Of a DNA stretch of 64,000 nt, positions 1 through 8,634 are shown piece after piece; within the stretch, counting starts at the first letter, position 1; each line of letters begins with the position of its first letter. The notes below the pieces were generated by a model, which was not told the DNA's origin, ran no database searches, and saw only the letters and a program-made list of their open reading frames with translations. The DNA is from Thermoanaerobaculia bacterium (GTDB taxonomy: Bacteria > Acidobacteriota > Thermoanaerobaculia > UBA5066). Where the stretch lies: positions 704,001 to 768,000 of the forward strand of contig CAVRAY010000001.1 of NCBI GenBank assembly GCA_963719225.1, given 5' to 3'. The position numbers and the translations under genes were made by a program.

Positions 1-13
1 TCGGGCCGCCGCC

Positions 14-1900
14 GTGAGCGTGGACAGGGACTGGGCGGACGCGTTCGACAGGGCGAAACGGGAGACTCCCGCCTTCGCGGTCGAGTCCGTCGAGGAGTTT
101 CGAAAGCTGACGGAACATCACGCGAGCCTCCTGTCGGACGGCGTGACCGTCGCCTCGTTCGAGCTCCCGAGCGGGGATCGGATCCAATGTGTCGAGATCT
201 CGAGCCAGAGGTCCCTCGCGGTTTCGGGGCAGCCCCTCCAGCTCGCTCCCGGCACGCTTCCGGCGGGGGACGCGGTCGCCGCTCCGAGAATGCCGGACGG
301 CTCGATGGCTCGTCCGGGCTCAGAGTTCGGCCTCGACGGGACGCGGGACGCTGCCGGAAATGAACGGGCCTGCCCGGCGCAGACCTTTCCGAGGCTCACG
401 CCCCGGCTCGAGAACCTGTACCGCTTTCGGAGCCTCGACGAGCTCTTCCAGAAGATCCCGGGTGGTGGCCCTACGCAGTCGCCGGACGGAAAGGCTCTCA
501 TCGCCTCGCCCCGGACCTCCCTGGCGGCCACGGTTCACGAATACGCCCACGCCTATCAGTGGGCGAACAACATCGGCATGTCGGCGATCTTCAACCTCTG
601 GTCGCCGACGGTCGAATCGTTCGGCGAGTTCTCCCTCTCCCAGCTCTGGGTGACGCGCGGCCTGACGTCGGACAACAGCCTCCAGACCGTCGAGACCGGC
701 TGGCAGAACTTCCAGCAGCTCTACGGAGACTCGAGGTCTCATCTCTTCATCTACTTCACGACGGCCAACTACCAGACCGGAACGGGCTGCTACAACCTCA
801 CCTGCACCGGCTTCGTCCAGACCGACAGCAGCGTGGTCGTGGGTGGCGGGTTCACGGTCTACAGCGCGCCCGGCGGAACCCAGTACGAGGTTCCGATGAC
901 GGTCTTCCGCGATGCCTCCGCGCCCCACCACTGGTGGGTGAAGTACAACGACACGTGGGTCGGCTATTACCCGAACTCGCTCTTCGACGCGCAGGGGATC
1001 GCCAATTACAGCGACCACGTCGACTTCGGCGGCGAGATCGTCAACGTCTGGAACGGCGGGCAGCACACGACGACGGACATGGGGAGCGGACGCTTTCCCA
1101 GCGAGGGATACGGCGCCGCCGCCTACACGAAGAAGATGCAGTACTGGGATACGTCGAATGCCCTGTTCAACGCCAGCAACCTGACCCGTGCTGTCACGAA
1201 CGCTTCCTATTACGACCTCTCCCTCGGATCGTCCACCGACGCGACCTGGCTCAAGTACTTCTATTTCGGCGGACCGGGTCGCATCGCGGCATCGACCCCC
1301 GCGGCCCCCACGGCCGCCTTCACGTTCCCCTCGAGCCCGAAAGCCGGCCAGTCGGTTCAGTTCACGGATACCTCGTCGGGCGCGCCGACGTCCTGGTCGT
1401 GGAGCTTCGGCGATGGCGCCACCTCCTCGGCTCAGAACCCCGCCCACACGTTCGGCACAGGTACCTATCATGTCTCCCTGACCGCCTCGAACTCGGGCGG
1501 CTCGAGCACGAAGACGCAGTCCGTCACCGCGACCTCGGCGAGCGCAGCGACAGGTTGCACGGCGGATGCGTACACCATGTGCCTCGTGAACGGCCGCTAC
1601 GGGGTCACGAGCCACTGGAAGAACCAGTACGCGGGTGGAGCAGCCGCGAATCTCTCGAAGACGAAGCTCACGGAGACGACAGGCGCGTTCTGGCTGTCCG
1701 ACGCGAACACGTACGAATACCTGATCAGATTCAACACGGCCACGTCGAACGGCAGGGCGTGGGTCGCGATTCCGACATTCACGGACGTGGAGTTCTGGGT
1801 GGCGGTGACGGACACGGTCAACGGGCAGTACAAGGAGTACCACAGCGCTCCGGGAAATCTCTCCCTGATCTACGACCCCTACTTCTTCGTCTACCCGTAG
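14..1900 (+). CDS. Neprosin-family (G3 glutamic peptidase) protein with pro-domain, PKD domain and conserved C-terminal domain; probably 5'-truncated by the window edge
   Basis: Pro-domain-like GDRIQCVEISSQ and CPAQTFP; catalytic-type motifs VETGWQ and FGGEIV; GCYNLTCTGFVQ; PKD motif VQFTDTSSGAPTSWSWSFGDG; the frame is open back to position 2. Confidence 0.8.
   Translation: MSVDRDWADAFDRAKRETPAFAVESVEEFRKLTEHHASLLSDGVTVASFELPSGDRIQCVEISSQRSLAVSGQPLQLAPGTLPAGDAVAAPRMPDGSMARPGSEFGLDGTRDAAGNERACPAQTFPRLTPRLENLYRFRSLDELFQKIPGGGPTQSPDGKALIASPRTSLAATVHEYAHAYQWANNIGMSAIFNLWSPTVESFGEFSLSQLWVTRGLTSDNSLQTVETGWQNFQQLYGDSRSHLFIYFTTANYQTGTGCYNLTCTGFVQTDSSVVVGGGFTVYSAPGGTQYEVPMTVFRDASAPHHWWVKYNDTWVGYYPNSLFDAQGIANYSDHVDFGGEIVNVWNGGQHTTTDMGSGRFPSEGYGAAAYTKKMQYWDTSNALFNASNLTRAVTNASYYDLSLGSSTDATWLKYFYFGGPGRIAASTPAAPTAAFTFPSSPKAGQSVQFTDTSSGAPTSWSWSFGDGATSSAQNPAHTFGTGTYHVSLTASNSGGSSTKTQSVTATSASAATGCTADAYTMCLVNGRYGVTSHWKNQYAGGAAANLSKTKLTETTGAFWLSDANTYEYLIRFNTATSNGRAWVAIPTFTDVEFWVAVTDTVNGQYKEYHSAPGNLSLIYDPYFFVYP
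1556..1900 (+). repeat. Copy 1 of a 345-bp (114-aa) C-terminal domain repeat
   Basis: CTADAYTMCL...IYDPYFFVYP aligns without gaps to 2838-3182; 24 of 114 residues differ by manual count. Confidence 0.95.
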
Positions 1901-1914
1901 CTCTTCCTGGGAAT

Positions 1915-2026
1915 CGGCCGCGAGGCACGACTCCTCGAGAAACAGGCTTCATCCAAGGTCGCTTGTCATCAGGGCCCGGGAAACCGGGTCCTGATGATGC
2001 ATCTGCATGTCTCTCGCGGCCGTTTT
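1915..2026 (+). terminator. Nested stem-loop element or terminator-like structure
   Basis: 14-bp stem 1966-1979/1984-1997 (one G-U) with GAAA loop, inside an outer 10-bp stem 1915-1924/2013-2022 followed by TTTT. Confidence 0.5.
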
Positions 2027-2189
2027 CGGCTCGGGACTTGCGGTGCACCCTCGATATCAGCATTTGTGTGGAGATGAGACCGTTTTTTGTCTCCTTCGAC
2101 GGGAGTCTTCGCCGCGAATTCGTCGCGGTGTTTCGACTCGAAGGAATCCTCTCTTGTCTCGGGCGCCTGGCGCCGGAAGGACATCAGTC

Positions 2190-3182
2190 ATGAAGCAGCT
2201 CGAATTCGTTCTTGCGCGGAGCCTCGTCGTTGCTGCCCTGTGTCTCACCGTGGGGTTCGCGAAATCCGGTCGTGCGGAAGAAACGACGAGTGGAACCGGC
2301 AGGGTTTCGGATTCGAGCGCGATCAAGATCGCTCCCGGGTCTCCGGGAACGTCGGTCACGGACGCTCCGGAAGGGCAGAGTTCTGACGCGCCTTTGCCTG
2401 GGCCGGCTGCCGGCCGTGCGGCCCTCAACCAGACTGGTTGCACGATCTGTCTCGGGGGCTTCGGGTCCATTCAGTGGACTGGGGCGAGCGGCTCTTTCCA
2501 CGTCGATACCATCAACAACTACCGGAGCTCCGGCACGAGCGGCTCCCTCGACATGAGGGTGGCCCTCACGAGCGCCTTTCCCGTCTACGGGCAAACGCTG
2601 ACGTACTACTCGCTCTCGGATCTGATGTCGCTCAACCCGCTGCAGGCCGGCTACCAGTACTCGAACCTCAACTCCGGCACCGTCACCTACCACGGAAGCT
2701 CCATTCCGGCGGGCCAGTACTGGGCGCTCCTCTTCTTGCGGGAGTATCAGGGCGGAGGCTCCTACCAGTACACGGACTGGATCGTCATGGACGACCGGGT
2801 CACGTGCAATGGCTCCGGATGCTCCGTCGTCACGGCCTGCACCGAGGATGCCTACACGATGTGCCTCATCGGAGGGCGATACCGCGTCACGAGCCATTGG
2901 AGGAATCAGTACGCGGGCGGAGCGACGGCGAATCTTTCAAAAGCGAAGCTGACGGACGCGACCGGCGCTTTTTGGATCGCGAACGCGAGCACCTACGAGT
3001 ACGTGATTCGTATCCAGGCAGGGCAATTCAACGGACGGTCGTGGATCGCGATTCCAACGTTCACGGACGTCGAGTTCTGGGTGGCGGTCACGGACACCGT
3101 CAACGGGCAGTCCAAGGAGTATCACAGCGCTCCGGGGAACCTCTCGCTGATCTACGACCCGTTCTTCTTCGTTTACCCGTAA
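2190..3182 (+). CDS. Secreted hypothetical protein with the same conserved C-terminal domain
   Basis: ATG 2190 after GGAAGGA; signal-peptide-like N-terminus; Ser/Thr/Gly-rich beta-type body; C-terminal repeat. Confidence 0.8.
   Translation: MKQLEFVLARSLVVAALCLTVGFAKSGRAEETTSGTGRVSDSSAIKIAPGSPGTSVTDAPEGQSSDAPLPGPAAGRAALNQTGCTICLGGFGSIQWTGASGSFHVDTINNYRSSGTSGSLDMRVALTSAFPVYGQTLTYYSLSDLMSLNPLQAGYQYSNLNSGTVTYHGSSIPAGQYWALLFLREYQGGGSYQYTDWIVMDDRVTCNGSGCSVVTACTEDAYTMCLIGGRYRVTSHWRNQYAGGATANLSKAKLTDATGAFWIANASTYEYVIRIQAGQFNGRSWIAIPTFTDVEFWVAVTDTVNGQSKEYHSAPGNLSLIYDPFFFVYP
2838..3182 (+). repeat. Copy 2 of the 345-bp C-terminal domain repeat
   Basis: CTEDAYTMCL...IYDPFFFVYP. Confidence 0.95.
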
Positions 3183-3252
3183 GCCTGTCGGAACAGTCGA
3201 CCCTCTGCCTCTTCCTCGGGCGGACGAACACGTCCACCGGAGACCCGGTAAC

Positions 3253-3990
3253 ATGGATTCCACGATGTGGAATCCTCTGAAGGAGTTGAGGAAGACCCGC
3301 AGCCGCGTCGTCGACGAACACTTCGTGCCTGGCCGGGACGACGACCTTCATGATGCGATCCGGACCGGCGACGCGAATGCAGTCCATCACCTGATCCGGT
3401 ACGAATGGGCCGCACGGTGCCTCGTCGACTGGCCGGTCAGGACGATCCTGGACCTGGCGACGGGATCGGGCTACGGAGCTCATGAGCTCGCGGATCGCTC
3501 GCCGTCGACGAGAGTGACCGGAGTCGACTACGACACAGATGCCATCAAGAGGGCGCGGGCGAGGTACTCCCTGCCGAACCTGGAGTACCGCGCGGGGGAC
3601 GCGACATGCTGGACCGAGACGATCGGCCCGGACACGTTCGACGCGATCGTGAGCTTCGACATGATCGAGCACGTCGTGCACCGCGAGATCATGATGGAGG
3701 GTGTCGTGCGCCACCTCGCGCCGGGTGGGACGCTGTTGCTGTCCACCCCCTGTGGACATCTGGAAACGGTCTTGAGACCGGAGTGGGTTCACCATCGCAT
3801 CGAGTATTCGGCCGCGAGTCTGTATGACTTTCTCCGGCGGTACTTCGCGGTCATCGTCAGACCCGAGGACCCGGAGTTTCCGCATCGCGATGTATTCGAT
3901 CTTCTCGCCGAGGGACCGGTCACCTATTTCCTGAAGATGAACCCCGTCGTGTGCCGCGGGCCGATCCTCATCGAGAACCCTTATCGGTGA
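3253..3990 (+). CDS. Class I SAM-dependent methyltransferase
   Basis: ILDLATGSGYG motif I; HLIRYEWA; FDAIVSFDMIEHV; LAPGGTLLLSTP. Confidence 0.85.
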   Translation: MDSTMWNPLKELRKTRSRVVDEHFVPGRDDDLHDAIRTGDANAVHHLIRYEWAARCLVDWPVRTILDLATGSGYGAHELADRSPSTRVTGVDYDTDAIKRARARYSLPNLEYRAGDATCWTETIGPDTFDAIVSFDMIEHVVHREIMMEGVVRHLAPGGTLLLSTPCGHLETVLRPEWVHHRIEYSAASLYDFLRRYFAVIVRPEDPEFPHRDVFDLLAEGPVTYFLKMNPVVCRGPILIENPYR

Positions 3991-3994
3991 AGAT

Positions 3995-6900
3995 TTGACC
4001 GCCGATGGGCTCCGTGAGGAGCCGAACAACCGCCTCCCGCCGTTGCTTCTCGCGGTGCTCGCAACGCTGGGAGCGCTTCCGGTCGTTCGATCGCTTCTCG
4101 TCTCCGACCTGAGCTGGTGCTATCCCTATGTCACGTCCGACTCGTACGACTGGATCGCGAACGGGCTCTATTGGGCGGGGGAGAACGTCGGAGCCTCCTG
4201 GCGTCCGCCGGGCCTGCCACTTGTCATCGCCATGCTCTTCAAGACGGGACTCCTGGCCTGGCTCCCGGTCGTAAACACCCTCGTCCTCGGCCTGACAACG
4301 GCGGCGCTCTATCTCTTGCTGCGGGAGAGGCACAGCGCGTGGATCTCCGCATGCGCCTCGTGGTTCTTCTTTGCGAACGACTACGTTCAGGACCTCACGA
4401 AGTACCTTCTCGCAGACATCTATTGCACGCTCTTTATCGTTCTGGCCGCTCTTTTCTTCGTGCGCGCCGCCCGGGAGCCACGCCACTACCGGACTTCGGC
4501 CCTCCTTCTCGGCGTAGGGTTCCTCTTCCACAGCGCGACGGTCGTCGCTGGAATCGGGTTCGCCGCCGCTGTCGTTCTGACGCGTCGAACCGATCTCCGG
4601 CGACGCGAGATCTGGCAGGGCCTTGGCGGCGCCGCATTTCTTGCGGGAGGGTGGGCGGTCGCGCGCGGTTTGCACTATCACTTCCATCCGACCGCTCCTC
4701 GGCACGGCGTCGAGGACCTTCTCTATCTTTCCGCGGCGAACCTCCGGTTCTATGCGATCGCGGCCCCCGCACTCCTCGGGCTTGCAATCCTTCCTCTTTA
4801 CGGGGCTGGCTTCCTGAGGCTCGTGACGCGGGACTACCCGGATCGTGCGTGGCGATCCTCGGTTGTCGCTCCCTTTGCCGCTCTCTTGGTCTTCTGGCTC
4901 TTCTTCTACGATTGGGGTGACAAACGCTTCCTCTACTACCTCTTTCCCTTCTGCATCTGTTTCCTCGCGGAGGGACTCGATGCTCTTGTCGCCTGGGCAC
5001 GCCGCGGACGCCTGGCGGCACTGCTCGCGTGCGTGTACGTTGCGGTGGCCGTACTCTGGAACCAGATTCGATATCCGAGCTATGGGGTCCAGTATCTGGC
5101 GCTGACGCCTCAGGACTTTCTCGAGGCGTCGGTCATCGAGATCCCCGCACCCAAGGGAAAGGTGGTCTATCGCCTCGCGGGAGCGCGGATCGTGCGACTT
5201 CACGGTTCATTTCTCGCGAGCTTCTCGAGGAGTCTCTTCGACGTCCGTATCCATCCCGCCGAGTGTTCCGTGCCAGTGCCCTCGCCGGCCTGCCTCGTCG
5301 CCCTCAAGGCGGACGTGGATCACCTGTTCGGTCTCGGCGAGGCAGTAGGCTTTTCGCCTCCCGGTTCGCCAGATGTTCGCGCGTCGAGCGCGGGGCGTCT
5401 GGGTGACATCCTCGGTCGCCGCGTCGTGTCCCCGGCCGAGGCGCGCCTCGCGCTGATCGGACGGGGCACGTCATTAAAGCCTCCCCTCGCCACGTGCGGT
5501 CCGTACGCCCTCGTTCCGGACGCGCTGACCGTACAATTCCGGGGTTTGAGCCAGGATTCGTCCGAGGCGCTCCGCGAGGAGCTGGAGAAGACGCGCGCCG
5601 AGCTTTCGCAGGCGCGCGCGCGCATCGCCGCGATGGAGATGAGCTTCTTCTGGAAGCTCCGCAACGCGTGGTGGAAACTGAAAGCCAGATTTGCCGGAGG
5701 TGGTTTCTTCGGGCGCGCAGGCCGCCCTGCCTGCCGCCGACGGAGCTCGTCCAGCTTTCCGGTTTCGCGCCCGTTCGCTTCCGCGGCCACGCGTTCGCTC
5801 GCTCGACGGACGCCGTGGACATCGTCGTTCTCGCGCACGACGATCCGTCCGTTCTCGAGGAGTGCCTCGGGGCTCTGCTCCGGCACGCCCGTCCGCCGTA
5901 TAGGCTCTTCCTCGCCGATCCGGGCGTGTCGCCCGTCGCGCGCGAATTGGCTGGAAGCGTTCGCGCGCGATCAAGGAGCCGCCCTCGTGGATGGCGCCGG
6001 CGCCTTCCAGCAGGCGCGCGATGCGGGCACCTCGCCCCATGTGCTCCTCCTCGACGGACGGGCGCGCGTCACGGCGGACATCCTCGACCGGCTGATCTCC
6101 TGCCTCGCCTCCGACCCGAACACGGCGGGCGTCGTTCCCCTCGGCGCCGACCTTCCCCTCGTCGGACCCGTGTTCGAGCGCGCGGCGCGTGAGCTGGCCG
6201 ACGGGGATGGAGCGCCTGCGACGCTCCTTGCCGCCGAGTCCGCTCGTTTCTTTCCGGCATCGGAAGAAGGCGGCGGGTCCGCGCTTCTCGTGAGGCGCCC
6301 TGCGGTGCGTTCCGGTGGATCGGAGAGCTCGCCTCGGGAGGTCCTCGCGAGGATGCGGGGCGATGGGCGGAGGATCCTCCTCGCCGACGATACCTGGATC
6401 GCGGGAGCTGTTCCGTCAGCTCCGGGCGCGCCGGACCGCGTGATAGAGGGGATCGCCTCTCGTCTCGCGTTCCTGCCAGAGCTGTTTGGCCTTCGGGAGA
6501 GCGCGCGACGGCGCTTCGAGGGGAGGCGCGTTCTCTACGTCCTTCCGGTTCTCGAGCGCGGGGGTGGATCGAACGTCGTGCTCTCGGAGGCGCGGGCGAT
6601 GGCGCGGATGGGAGTCGAAGCGCGCGTGTTCAATCTCGCGGGACACCGGACCGTTTTCGAGAAGAGCTATCCCGCGCCGGGCGTTCCGATCGTATACGGG
6701 CGCGAGTCCGATCTCGTCGAGGCCGCGCAGGGGTTCGACGCCGTGATCGGGACGGCTCACTACTCGGTGCCGTGGATGGTGCCGCTCGCGAAGCTGCCGC
6801 GGCCGCCGGTGCTCGGCTACTGCATCCAGGATTACGAGCCGCTCTTTTATGCAGAAGGCTCGGAGGATTGGAAGCGCGCGTTCGCCTCTTACGGACTCGT

Positions 6901-7564
6901 GCCGGGCATGAGACGTTTCTCGAAATCGAAGTGGAATGCCGACGAGGTCGTCGCCCGGACGGATCTCGATTGCGCGCTCGTGAGCGCCAGCTTCGACGCG
7001 GAGGTCTTCCGCCCGCGGCTGCCCGAACCGGCGGCGACCCCCGTGCGGATCGCGGCCATGGTGCGTCCCTCGACGCCGCGCCGGCAGCCTGGCCTCACCG
7101 TCGACGTGATGCGGACTCTGGCGCAGAAGCTCGGCGATCGGGTCGAGATCGTCCTCTTCGGATCCGAGCGGTCGGATCCCGCGTTGCGCGCCTTCCGCCT
7201 CGATTTTCCGCACCGCTTCCTCGGCGTTCTCGACGACCGCCAGCTCTCGGCGCTCCTCTCACAGGTGCACGTCTTCGCGGATCTTTCGACGTACCAGGCG
7301 CTCGGCGTTGCCTCGCTCGAGGCGATGGCATCGGGTGCCGCTGTGGTCGTCCCGAAGGCGGGCGGAGCGGGAACGTTCGCCCGGCACGACGTCAATGCCC
7401 TCGCTGTCGACACATCCTCCCGGGAGGAGTGCATCGCGTGCCTCGAACGACTCGCCACCGACGAGTCGCTTCTTCGGCGCCTTGCTGCGCAGGCGATCGT
7501 CGACGCCGGCTTCCATACGCCCGACCGTGCGGCGGCGGGGATCCTCGAGGTCCTGTTTGCCTAA
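3995..7564 (+). CDS. Multidomain glycosyltransferase: N-terminal polytopic GT-C-like region, coiled coil, GT2-like domain (partly in another frame), C-terminal GT4 domain
   Basis: About ten TM segments with RPPGLP; GT4 motifs GGGSNV and ALGVASLEAMASG; 5700-5947 reads as a GT2 start only in the neighbouring frame (see findings). Confidence 0.7.
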   Translation: MTADGLREEPNNRLPPLLLAVLATLGALPVVRSLLVSDLSWCYPYVTSDSYDWIANGLYWAGENVGASWRPPGLPLVIAMLFKTGLLAWLPVVNTLVLGLTTAALYLLLRERHSAWISACASWFFFANDYVQDLTKYLLADIYCTLFIVLAALFFVRAAREPRHYRTSALLLGVGFLFHSATVVAGIGFAAAVVLTRRTDLRRREIWQGLGGAAFLAGGWAVARGLHYHFHPTAPRHGVEDLLYLSAANLRFYAIAAPALLGLAILPLYGAGFLRLVTRDYPDRAWRSSVVAPFAALLVFWLFFYDWGDKRFLYYLFPFCICFLAEGLDALVAWARRGRLAALLACVYVAVAVLWNQIRYPSYGVQYLALTPQDFLEASVIEIPAPKGKVVYRLAGARIVRLHGSFLASFSRSLFDVRIHPAECSVPVPSPACLVALKADVDHLFGLGEAVGFSPPGSPDVRASSAGRLGDILGRRVVSPAEARLALIGRGTSLKPPLATCGPYALVPDALTVQFRGLSQDSSEALREELEKTRAELSQARARIAAMEMSFFWKLRNAWWKLKARFAGGGFFGRAGRPACRRRSSSSFPVSRPFASAATRSLARRTPWTSSFSRTTIRPFSRSASGLCSGTPVRRIGSSSPIRACRPSRANWLEAFARDQGAALVDGAGAFQQARDAGTSPHVLLLDGRARVTADILDRLISCLASDPNTAGVVPLGADLPLVGPVFERAARELADGDGAPATLLAAESARFFPASEEGGGSALLVRRPAVRSGGSESSPREVLARMRGDGRRILLADDTWIAGAVPSAPGAPDRVIEGIASRLAFLPELFGLRESARRRFEGRRVLYVLPVLERGGGSNVVLSEARAMARMGVEARVFNLAGHRTVFEKSYPAPGVPIVYGRESDLVEAAQGFDAVIGTAHYSVPWMVPLAKLPRPPVLGYCIQDYEPLFYAEGSEDWKRAFASYGLVPGMRRFSKSKWNADEVVARTDLDCALVSASFDAEVFRPRLPEPAATPVRIAAMVRPSTPRRQPGLTVDVMRTLAQKLGDRVEIVLFGSERSDPALRAFRLDFPHRFLGVLDDRQLSALLSQVHVFADLSTYQALGVASLEAMASGAAVVVPKAGGAGTFARHDVNALAVDTSSREECIACLERLATDESLLRRLAAQAIVDAGFHTPDRAAAGILEVLFA

Positions 7565-8630
7565 GCGCAGGGTCCACGTCCTCCACGGGTTTTATGGCGC
7601 GGAGATTCCCTACAGCTGCACGTACATCCGGCTACTCTGCCCGCTCTCTCATCCATCTCTGGCTGACCGGATCGAGCTCACGCACGGCACGGCCGAGGCC
7701 GTGCCCGATTGCGACCTCCTCGTCATCGAACGGCACGTCCTCTGGCCTTACGAGAGGCAGCTGGATGGATTCGCCCGGCTGCTGTTCAGGTGCCGGCGTC
7801 TCGGCGTCCCCGTCGTCTACGAGCTCGACGACAACCTGCTCGATCTGAACCGCGACGAGCCGTGGGAGACGTACCCGGGAGGAACGCTCCGCGCCGTCGT
7901 CGCGTTCCTGGCGCGACAGGCGGACGGAATGATCGTCTCGACGGCGGCGATCGCGGAACGCGTGGCGCATCTCCGCGGCGACGTCCTCGTCGTGCCGAAC
8001 GCGCTCGACGAGCGGCTCTTCGACTCCGCGCCGGAACCGCCGACGGCGCGGTCGTCCCCGCTGACGATCGGCTACATGGGCACGCTGACGCACGAGGCGG
8101 ATCTCCGCATGGTGCTCGCGCCGGTCCGGGCTCTCCTGAAGCGCCACGCCGGAAAGGCGCGGCTGGAGCTCGTCGGTGGAGCTGAAGGACGGAGGACAGC
8201 GTCGCTGTTCGACGGCCTGCCGTTCCGGATGCGGGATCCGGAGAACGACGACCAATATCCGAGGTTCGTCCCGTGGATGCGGCAGCATCTTCGCTGGGAC
8301 CTCGCGATCGCGCCGCTCGAGGACAACGCGTTCACGCGGTGCAAGTCCGACCTCAAATACCTCGACTATGCGGCGCTCGGGATTCCAGCCGTCTTCAGCG
8401 ACGTCCGCCCTTATCGGGACACGGTGCGCCATCGCGAGACGGGGCTCCTCGCCGCAAACGAGCCGGAAGCCTGGGCGGCCGCGCTCGAGGAGATCGTGAG
8501 CGACGACGCCCTCCGCGGGCGGCTCGCGAAAACCGCGTGGACCGAAGTGCATGGAAGCCGCATGCTGAAGACGAACGCGACGCGCTGGAGCGACGCGATC
8601 GAGAAGATCGTGCCGGGGTTCTTCGCCTAG
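7557..8630 (+). CDS. GT-B/GT4-like glycosyltransferase
   Basis: VVYELDDNL, IGYMGTLTHEADL, DLAIAPLEDNAFTRCKSDLKYLDY; TTG start after GAGG overlapping the upstream stop. Confidence 0.8.
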   Translation: MPKRRVHVLHGFYGAEIPYSCTYIRLLCPLSHPSLADRIELTHGTAEAVPDCDLLVIERHVLWPYERQLDGFARLLFRCRRLGVPVVYELDDNLLDLNRDEPWETYPGGTLRAVVAFLARQADGMIVSTAAIAERVAHLRGDVLVVPNALDERLFDSAPEPPTARSSPLTIGYMGTLTHEADLRMVLAPVRALLKRHAGKARLELVGGAEGRRTASLFDGLPFRMRDPENDDQYPRFVPWMRQHLRWDLAIAPLEDNAFTRCKSDLKYLDYAALGIPAVFSDVRPYRDTVRHRETGLLAANEPEAWAAALEEIVSDDALRGRLAKTAWTEVHGSRMLKTNATRWSDAIEKIVPGFFA

Positions 8631-8634
8631 GCCT

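Noticed and set aside
1940-2010. Hammerhead ribozyme (CTGATGA occurs on both strands)
   Set aside because: No GAAA follows a stem II on either strand; the two CTGATGA words are simply the arms of one hairpin
1556-3182. Diversity-generating retroelement TR/VR pair
   Set aside because: Both copies are coding C-termini, the differences are not confined to adenines, and there is no reverse transcriptase in the window
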